Below are positions 57,593 to 64,000 of a DNA stretch of 64,000 nucleotides, in pieces. Each line of letters opens with the position of its first letter. The stretch's first letter is position 1. The stretch is from contig CAZKFZ010000005.1 of NCBI GenBank assembly GCA_964552475.1, forward strand, positions 6,224 to 70,223. Direction: 5' to 3'. Position numbers and translations under genes: made by a program. Source of the stretch: an uncultured Candidatus Saccharibacteria bacterium. GTDB lineage: Bacteria; Patescibacteriota; Saccharimonadia; CAILAD01; BJGX01. The notes under the pieces are model-generated. The model ran no database searches, was not told the DNA's origin, and saw only the letters and a program-made list of their open reading frames with translations.

Positions 57593-60500
57593 CTATACCT
57601 CTTCCGATTCTATTTCATTTTTTAGTTCTGCCTCTGCCAATGTTGCAAAGTCATCCTCCGACTTTGAATCCCCTAAGTCAACCACAGCTTCATTTTCAAC
57701 GGGTGTTTGACCAGACAAAAGTTCGTCGTTACCAAGATCAACTGCTTCTTCTTCTGTAGCACTAGATATGAGTGATTCTGCATCTATCGAGATAGACTGA
57801 GAACTTCTTTCCAGGTCTACAACCAAGGTAAGGCTTTGTAGTTCTTTTACTAATACATTAAACGATTCAGGTACGCGAGGGCCTTTTATATCTTCGCCCT
57901 TTATGATAGATTCATAGGCTTTTGATCGGCCAATAACGTCGTCTGATTTAATGGTTAGAATTTCTTGCAGGGTATTAGATGCCCCATAGGCCTCGAGAGC
58001 CCAAACTTCCATTTCTCCAAAGCGTTGTCCGCCCATTTGAGCCTTACCACCGAGTGGCTGTTGAGTAACCATCGCGTATGGGCCAGTAGACCGTGCGTGA
58101 ATCTTGTCGTCTACCATATGTTGAAGTTTCAACATGTATTTTACACCAACTGTAGTGCGGTTGGCATATGGTTCGCCAGTATAGCCCGAGTAAAGCTGGG
58201 CTTTCCCATCCTCTGGCAATCCAGCTTTTTTAAGTTCGGCTTTAATTTCGTCTATCTTAACACCATCAAACACCGGGCTAGCAATTTTATAACCGATAGC
58301 GCTAGCTGCCCAACCTAGGTGGGTTTCGAGGATCTGACCCAAGTTCATTCTAGAACCAACACCCAAAGTGTTTAAGATAATATCTACCGGGGTACCATCT
58401 TCTAGATGTGGCATATCTTCTACCGGCATTATCTTAGAAATAACCCCTTTGTCACCATGTCGTCCGGCCATTTTGTCACCTACTTGTATCTTACGCAGTT
58501 CCGCAACAGCAACATATATCTGAAGAGATACGCCAGCTGGTAAGTCGTCGTCATTTTCGCGTGATAATATTTTTACATCTACAACTTTACCCGTTGCGCC
58601 GTTAGGCATTCTTAAGCTAGTGTCTTTTACATCGCGGGCTTTTTCACCAAATATTGCGCGTAACAAACGTTCTTCACTAGACAATTCAGTCTCACCTTTA
58701 GGAGTAATTTTACCCACCAAAATATCTCCGGCTCCCACCTCGGCTCCAATTCTTACAATCCCTTCTTCATCTAGATCTTTTAAGCTTTCTTCGGAAACAT
58801 TAGGTATATCACGTGTTACAACTTCTGGACCAAGTTTGGTGTCGCGAACGTCTATTTGGTGTGTTTCGATGTGTATGCTAGTATATCTGTCGTCTTGCAC
58901 TAAGCTTTGGGAAACGATAATTGCATCTTCAAAGTTTAGCCCTTCAAAAGGCATGAAAGCTACAAGAACATTTTGTCCTAGAGCTAATTCGCCTGCCTGA
59001 GTACTCATACCATCTGCCAGTACATCACCTTTTTTAACTTTTTGACCGGATGATGCTACGGCTTTCTGATGAATACAGCTACCTTGGTTAGATCTCACAA
59101 AATTTGATAATTCGTATGTTTTTAGCCCAAGCTTGTTGTATTTCACACTAACAGCCTCAGCAGTTGAAGAAACTACCTGACCATCGGCTTCGGCCAAAAT
59201 AACCTGTCCGGAGTCTACAGCAACGGTACCTTCAATGCCTGTACCAACTACAGGTGAGTCTGGGCGTACCAGAGCCACTGCTTGACGTTGCATATTTGCA
59301 CCCATCAAAGCTCGTTTTGCATCATCACTTTCTAAGAAAGGAATTAGGCTAGCTGACACCCCTACAGTCTGCTTGCTAGTAACATCCATATACTCAACGT
59401 TGTCGGCATCTTCTTCATCGGCTTCACCGCCAATTCCTCTTACTGCTATACGTTTTTCTACAAAATAACCTTCTTTGTCGGTAGAAGTATTAGCTTGAGC
59501 AATTACGGCCTTTTCTTCGTCGCTGGCATCGAGATAGATGACTGTAGATGTTACGCGAGCCTTCACGGGTACGGCTTCAATGCCTGATGATTTTAGTTGT
59601 TTAGCTAGTGTAGTCGTAATTTTATCGCCAGCCTTAACTATTACTTTGCCTTTTTTGTCTTTTACTTGAGTTCTTGCTATTTCACCTACAGATTTTTCCG
59701 GAGCGACGGAGTTAATAACTTTTAGATAAGGACTTTCTAAAAATCCATACTCATTTACCTGCGCATAAGTTGCAAGTGTACTCACTAAACCAATATTTGG
59801 TCCTTCTGGAGTTTCGATAGGGCAAATTCGACCATAGTGAGTACGATGGACATCACGTACTTCAAAACCAGCACGTTCACGGTTGAGCCCACCAGGTCCC
59901 ATAGCGTTGAGTCGTCTTTTGTGTACTATCTCGGCGAGCGGATTGATTTGATCCATAAACTGACTAAGTTGGTGTGAGGCAAAAAATTCCTTAACACTTG
60001 CTACAATGGGCCTAACATTCACTAGCTGGGCCGGCTGAATAGTGTCGGGATCAGCAAGACTCATGCGGTCTTTAACAATACGCTCCATTCGCAAAATACC
60101 TACTCTAAATCTCGACTGTATAAGTTCACCAACCATTTTGAGTCTGCGATTACCAAGGTGGTCTATATCCTCAGTAGGAGCATTTTCATTACTCATTCGA
60201 ATAACTTCTTTTACTATGGCTACAAAATCTTCACGTCTTAAAATTCTATTTTCTGGAGTGTTTTTAACATTTAGTCCAAGACGTTTATTCACCTTGTATC
60301 GTCCGACTTTTGAAAAATCATACCGTTTATAATCAAAAAACATACCGTCTATTAAACTTTTGGAGTTTTCTACAGTAGCTAGATCGCCCGGTCGAATACG
60401 TCTATAAACTTCCATTAAGGCTTCGGCGGTCGTACTACTAGGGTCTTTAGCTATTGTTTCATCTATAAACTTAACCTCGCCTGTATCAACGTCGGCAAAC

Positions 60501-61117
60501 AGTTCTTTAATTTCTTTATCACTTCCGTATCCAAAAGCTCGTAAAAGTGCGGTTACAGCAATCTTACGTTTTCTATCAATCTTCACACTCATTACACCAT
60601 TTTGGCCAGTTTCTAACTCCAACCACGCCCCACGATTAGGAATAATTTTGGCACCAAAATAACTAGCATTATTATCGCGCGTAAAAAATACGCCCGGAGA
60701 GCGCACCAACTGACTAACTACTACTCTTTCTACACCATTAATAATAAAGGTACCGCGATCGGTCATAATTGGATAATCACCCATGAATATCTCCTGGGTT
60801 TTAACCTCGCCGGTTTCTTTATTAACGAGTTCTGCACTAACTTTGAGCGATGCTTCGTAGCTAATGTTTTTGTCTTTCGTTTGTGCTTTGGTAAATTTAG
60901 GTTTTTCAAAGTGGTAGTCTTTGAAACTAAGAGCATATTTTTTGCCAGTGAAGTCCTCTATTGGAGAAAGTTCGGCAAACAGTTCTTTAAGACCTTCGTC
61001 TACAAACCAATCGTAGGCGTCAGTTTGAATTTTTATTAAATTAGGAAGTTCAAGTAGTTCTTTGTTTTGGTGTAAAAAAATACGCGTGTTCGCGGGGGCT
61101 TTTTGCATGTTTCCCAT
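57593..61117 (-). CDS. rpoB: DNA-directed RNA polymerase beta subunit
   Basis: Conserved [13 protein letters not shown] and RFGEMEV segments; 1174 aa; abuts rpoC with a 2-nt gap. Confidence 0.97.
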   Translation of the reverse strand: MGNMQKAPANTRIFLHQNKELLELPNLIKIQTDAYDWFVDEGLKELFAELSPIEDFTGKKYALSFKDYHFEKPKFTKAQTKDKNISYEASLKVSAELVNKETGEVKTQEIFMGDYPIMTDRGTFIINGVERVVVSQLVRSPGVFFTRDNNASYFGAKIIPNRGAWLELETGQNGVMSVKIDRKRKIAVTALLRAFGYGSDKEIKELFADVDTGEVKFIDETIAKDPSSTTAEALMEVYRRIRPGDLATVENSKSLIDGMFFDYKRYDFSKVGRYKVNKRLGLNVKNTPENRILRREDFVAIVKEVIRMSNENAPTEDIDHLGNRRLKMVGELIQSRFRVGILRMERIVKDRMSLADPDTIQPAQLVNVRPIVASVKEFFASHQLSQFMDQINPLAEIVHKRRLNAMGPGGLNRERAGFEVRDVHRTHYGRICPIETPEGPNIGLVSTLATYAQVNEYGFLESPYLKVINSVAPEKSVGEIARTQVKDKKGKVIVKAGDKITTTLAKQLKSSGIEAVPVKARVTSTVIYLDASDEEKAVIAQANTSTDKEGYFVEKRIAVRGIGGEADEEDADNVEYMDVTSKQTVGVSASLIPFLESDDAKRALMGANMQRQAVALVRPDSPVVGTGIEGTVAVDSGQVILAEADGQVVSSTAEAVSVKYNKLGLKTYELSNFVRSNQGSCIHQKAVASSGQKVKKGDVLADGMSTQAGELALGQNVLVAFMPFEGLNFEDAIIVSQSLVQDDRYTSIHIETHQIDVRDTKLGPEVVTRDIPNVSEESLKDLDEEGIVRIGAEVGAGDILVGKITPKGETELSSEERLLRAIFGEKARDVKDTSLRMPNGATGKVVDVKILSRENDDDLPAGVSLQIYVAVAELRKIQVGDKMAGRHGDKGVISKIMPVEDMPHLEDGTPVDIILNTLGVGSRMNLGQILETHLGWAASAIGYKIASPVFDGVKIDEIKAELKKAGLPEDGKAQLYSGYTGEPYANRTTVGVKYMLKLQHMVDDKIHARSTGPYAMVTQQPLGGKAQMGGQRFGEMEVWALEAYGASNTLQEILTIKSDDVIGRSKAYESIIKGEDIKGPRVPESFNVLVKELQSLTLVVDLERSSQSISIDAESLISSATEEEAVDLGNDELLSGQTPVENEAVVDLGDSKSEDDFATLAEAELKNEIESEEV

Positions 61118-61248
61118 TTTCTCCTATTAATTTGTTGCTGCACTGCTTAATTTAGGAGGTTTTTCTAAACCGACAAAAAACCGGTACACCAAATATTTTT
61201 GGATATACAAACCGGTTGAAATAGTTTAAGCGTCCTCTTATATGTTCA

Positions 61249-61278
61249 AGTGTATCTTAATATGAGGTGTACTGTCAA
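61249..61278 (-). promoter_or_regulatory. Candidate rpoB promoter: -35 TTGACA, 18-nt spacer, -10 TACACT (minus strand), overlapping the stop codon of the upstream MFS gene. The leader carries AACCGGT ... ACCGGTT repeats plus a T-run, a possible attenuator
   Basis: Plus strand carries tgtcaa at 61273-78 and agtgta at 61249-54. The leader sequence ...aaccggtttgtatatccaaaaatatttggtgtaccggttttttgtc... lies downstream. Confidence 0.45.
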
Positions 61279-62519
61279 GCACTTTTTATCTGTATTTTTG
61301 TAAATGAGTAATGCTGATAAACACCAAATATTCCTATTAATACCCCGGAAATAGTTAAAACGCTTAGTGGGCTCACTAAATCAGCCGTTATTCCAGCCAG
61401 AAAGACCGGTACAATGGCTGCTAAATTCATCATCATATTTAGAGTGCCAAATATTTTACCTCTAGCCTCATCGGTAGAATTGAGCTGCACGAGGGTTTGG
61501 GCTGATACACTCACTAAGCCGTTGGTTACACCTAAAAACAACGAGATAGTAGCAACTATTAGTCCGAAAAACTTTAGGCCGTTCAGGGCAGGTACAAAAC
61601 TCAAACCAATTAATAATGCCGCGGCAGATAGTATACCAATATCGATTACTCTAGATTTATTGACATTTTTAAATACTCTACCCACCATAATAGCGCCCAA
61701 TATCATACCTACCGCAGCAGGCACAATGAGCTTATAGCTAACATTGGCTAGGCTCTGGTTAAACACCAAAAACGCGATTGCAGGTGCAAGCACCGATATT
61801 ACTCCTAGCATTGCTTGAGAAATGGTCAGGTTTAGTATTGGAAAAATCAATTTTGGATTTGTAACAATTTGTTTGAAGTTTGAACGAATTGTTGAAAATA
61901 CTTCTGCATTGACTGCGCTAAGTTTCTTAGGTAACGCCTCGGCTCGCAAACTAGGTAGGCCAAAACAAAGTATGGCGGCTATTGCAAAGGCTATAGATGC
62001 CACCCAGTAGACACTGTCTGGTCCGCCAACTGCCACTAGTGGCCCAGCTAAACTGTAGCCGACCACAAAACTACCGTATAGCGTAAACAAAAATAGGGAG
62101 TTGGCGCCCAAGAATTCAGGCTTTTTAACTAACTTTGGTAGGGCAGCTCCTTCAGCAGGCGTGAAGAATTGCGAAAATATCGAGATCGCAAAAACTGTCA
62201 GGTAGATAAATATTAAATTGCTACTTGTAAATAAAAAACTTAGTACCAAAATAGCACGAGCAATATTGGTAATTATCAAGACTTTCTTCCTATCCCAATG
62301 ATCTACGTAGGCACCAGCGAGTACCGCAAATATAATCGAAGGTATACCAAAGGCCAAAATAAGTAAACTTACGGCGATGTTGGCATACGAAGTGTGTGCC
62401 GCTAAATCATAGACTCTAATTATTAAGGCAAAGTTAAGTAGGTTAGCCGCTAATTGGCTAGTAAGTTGAGCTATCCAAATCTTTAAAAAATTGGGGTTCT
62501 TTAGCAGTTCTGAATACAC
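61275..62519 (-). CDS. MFS transporter (12 TM)
   Basis: 414 aa with 12 hydrophobic helices; MFS-like motif GAYVDHWDRKKVL. Confidence 0.75.
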   Translation of the reverse strand: MYSELLKNPNFLKIWIAQLTSQLAANLLNFALIIRVYDLAAHTSYANIAVSLLILAFGIPSIIFAVLAGAYVDHWDRKKVLIITNIARAILVLSFLFTSSNLIFIYLTVFAISIFSQFFTPAEGAALPKLVKKPEFLGANSLFLFTLYGSFVVGYSLAGPLVAVGGPDSVYWVASIAFAIAAILCFGLPSLRAEALPKKLSAVNAEVFSTIRSNFKQIVTNPKLIFPILNLTISQAMLGVISVLAPAIAFLVFNQSLANVSYKLIVPAAVGMILGAIMVGRVFKNVNKSRVIDIGILSAAALLIGLSFVPALNGLKFFGLIVATISLFLGVTNGLVSVSAQTLVQLNSTDEARGKIFGTLNMMMNLAAIVPVFLAGITADLVSPLSVLTISGVLIGIFGVYQHYSFTKIQIKSA

Positions 62520-62536
62520 AACTTTCGTTTATTCCA

Positions 62537-63166
62537 CTACTTATTCTTTTTATATACTGGTTTTTTCTCGACTACAGCATCGACCAATCCATACTTTTTT
62601 GCTTCATCGGCAGATAGCCAAAAATCTCTATCGCTATCAGCAGTGATTTTGGTAACCGATTGACCAGTTTTTTGGGCTAATATTTCATTTAGGCGATGAC
62701 GTATCTTTATAATTTCGTTAGCCGTAATTTCAATATCTGCAGCAGTTCCAGAAAATCCACCAGAAGGTTGATGAATCATTACTCTAGAATTTGGTAATGA
62801 ATAACGCTTTCCTTTTTGGCCGCAAGCCAATAAAAAAGCTCCCATGCTAGCAGCCATGCCGACACATATCGTACTCACATCGGGGCTGATATGTTGCATA
62901 GTGTCATAAATTGCTAGCCCAGCAGTTACGCTTCCGCCTGGACTATTAATATAAAGACTAATATCAGAGCTAGGGTCTTCACTTTGTAAAAAAAGTAACT
63001 GGGCAATCACTAAATTTGCTACCGTGTCGTCAATCTGTGTACCTAAAAATATAATTCTTTCATTGAGTAGACGTGAGTAGATATCATAGGCTCGTTCACC
63101 TGCTTGAGTTTTTTCAATTACGGTTGGTATAAGTATGGAGTTATTCGAAAAGTCATTGTTGTTCAT
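62537..63166 (-). CDS. clpP: ATP-dependent Clp protease proteolytic subunit
   Basis: Active-site Ser and His contexts [20 protein letters not shown] and [14 protein letters not shown], and MIHQPSGG. Confidence 0.93.
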   Translation of the reverse strand: MNNNDFSNNSILIPTVIEKTQAGERAYDIYSRLLNERIIFLGTQIDDTVANLVIAQLLFLQSEDPSSDISLYINSPGGSVTAGLAIYDTMQHISPDVSTICVGMAASMGAFLLACGQKGKRYSLPNSRVMIHQPSGGFSGTAADIEITANEIIKIRHRLNEILAQKTGQSVTKITADSDRDFWLSADEAKKYGLVDAVVEKKPVYKKNK

Positions 63167-63232
63167 AGTGATATTTTAACACAATAGGCAATATATTATT
63201 TGTCGGTTACTTTACTCTCAAATAGAGTTAGG

Positions 63233-64000
63233 CTACTTTGTGGCTGCGGTTGTTAATGTAGTGACTGCTTTTTGTGTTAATAAATGATTCTTAAGATCTT
63301 CTCTGAAGTGGTTGTGCGAGAGTTCTTCTTGCATCTTCGGGTCGGTATATTGAGTTTTCATACGATCCAACTCAGACTCAATTTCTTGTTCACTAATTTG
63401 TATATTTTCACTTTCTATTACTGACCGCAAAATAATGCCAAGTTTTACTCTTTTCTCGGCTTCGGTTTTAAGTTGCAACTCAAAGTCTTGGGGTTTTTGA
63501 CCTTGTAGTTGTAGGTACTTTTCTAGATCTAAGCCACTATTTTTCAAATTGTCTTCTGTTTCTTGTCGTAGTTTATTGGCTTGTTCACCTACCAGACTCT
63601 CGGGAGCGTCAATTTTAGCTTGCTTAATTGCTAACTCAAGCACTTCGTTTTCAAACTGCTTATCGGCTTCAGTCTGCTTATTTTGCACTAGGCTTTTTTC
63701 AATTTCTGTTCTTAGTTCACTTAAGTTATTAACAGGCCCAACAGTTTTTGCCCAAGCGTCATCTACTTTGGGCTTCTCTACAGTTTTTACATCTACAATA
63801 TTAATACTAAACTCTACTTTTTTATCAGCTAAGTCTTTAGCGTGATATTCTTTAGGAAACCTAATAGTAAAGGTTTTTTTATCACCTTTTTTAAGACCAA
63901 TCATTTCTTCTTCAAAACCAGGTATAAAACTTCCTTCGCCAATAATCATTATATGATTTTTTGCCGAAGCACCTTCAACTGGCTTACCTTCTCTTACCCC
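63233..64000 (-). CDS. tig: Trigger factor, C-terminal portion (gene continues beyond the window end)
   Basis: FKBP-type PPIase segment GEGSFIPGFEEEMIGLKKGDKKTFTIRFPKEY plus a C-terminal helical arm domain; canonical tig-clpP synteny. Confidence 0.8.
   Translation of the reverse strand, partial: GVREGKPVEGASAKNHIMIIGEGSFIPGFEEEMIGLKKGDKKTFTIRFPKEYHAKDLADKKVEFSINIVDVKTVEKPKVDDAWAKTVGPVNNLSELRTEIEKSLVQNKQTEADKQFENEVLELAIKQAKIDAPESLVGEQANKLRQETEDNLKNSGLDLEKYLQLQGQKPQDFELQLKTEAEKRVKLGIILRSVIESENIQISEQEIESELDRMKTQYTDPKMQEELSHNHFREDLKNHLLTQKAVTTLTTAATK

Noticed and set aside
53842-61000. Multiple 60-125 aa antisense ORFs inside rpoC and rpoB (e.g. 53842-54177, 58620-59000)
   Set aside because: These are embedded antisense to highly conserved genes and are typical low-complexity antisense reading frames.
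1-64000. CRISPR arrays, IS elements, integrases or phage genes
   Set aside because: The window has no regularly spaced direct repeats, no transposase or integrase-like ORFs, and no terminal inverted repeats bounding the GC-shifted island.

Overview
This is a low-GC (~38-40%) bacterial chromosome segment, almost entirely coded on the minus strand. The gene content suggests a reduced-genome, CPR/Saccharibacteria-like organism (inference). The ribosomal cluster lacks L30 and adk/map, several r-proteins carry Lys-rich tails, and a type IV pilus locus is present. Order of content: (1) rplK-rplA-nusG-secE. (2) A divergent carotenoid locus at 2.4-10.8 kb. The minus arm is crtI, GGPP synthase, crtB and a 493-aa membrane protein. 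The plus arm is a GC-shifted orf, two lycopene-cyclase-domain subunits, and a UbiA-prenyltransferase fused to a GT2 glycosyltransferase. This gene set matches the logic of glycosylated C50 carotenoid (sarcinaxanthin/decaprenoxanthin-type) pathways. (3) A DUF/SHOCT pair, an ECF sigma, an anti-sigma candidate and a secreted coiled-coil protein. (4) An MFS pump, a YggT-like protein and a 111-aa K+ channel with a TIGYGD filter. (5) A type IV pilus locus with pilB, pilC, four prepilins including a 595-aa giant, and the major pilin with its own terminator. (6) tRNA-Trp, a leaderless orf, purD, a PspC-domain gene, a tRNA Tyr-Thr-Thr cluster, a TPR protein, holB, an RluA-family gene and an RCK membrane protein. 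(7) A very long rpoB-rpoC-rpsL-rpsG ... fusA-tuf-rpsJ ... rplC-(S10/spc/alpha genes)-rplQ-rplM-rpsI array. This array is interrupted twice. A ~3.5 kb GC-shifted island of four unknown genes, including a wHTH-Nudix fusion, sits between rpsG and fusA. It is preceded by a promoter-driven, highly structured ~180-350 nt RNA and flanked by intrinsic terminators. A DUF4870 membrane gene, bracketed by terminators, sits between rpsJ and rplC. (8) An MFS transporter, clpP and a partial tig. The most interesting candidates for undescribed biology are the carotenoid cluster with the fused elongase-glycosyltransferase, and the island plus structured RNA inside the str operon.
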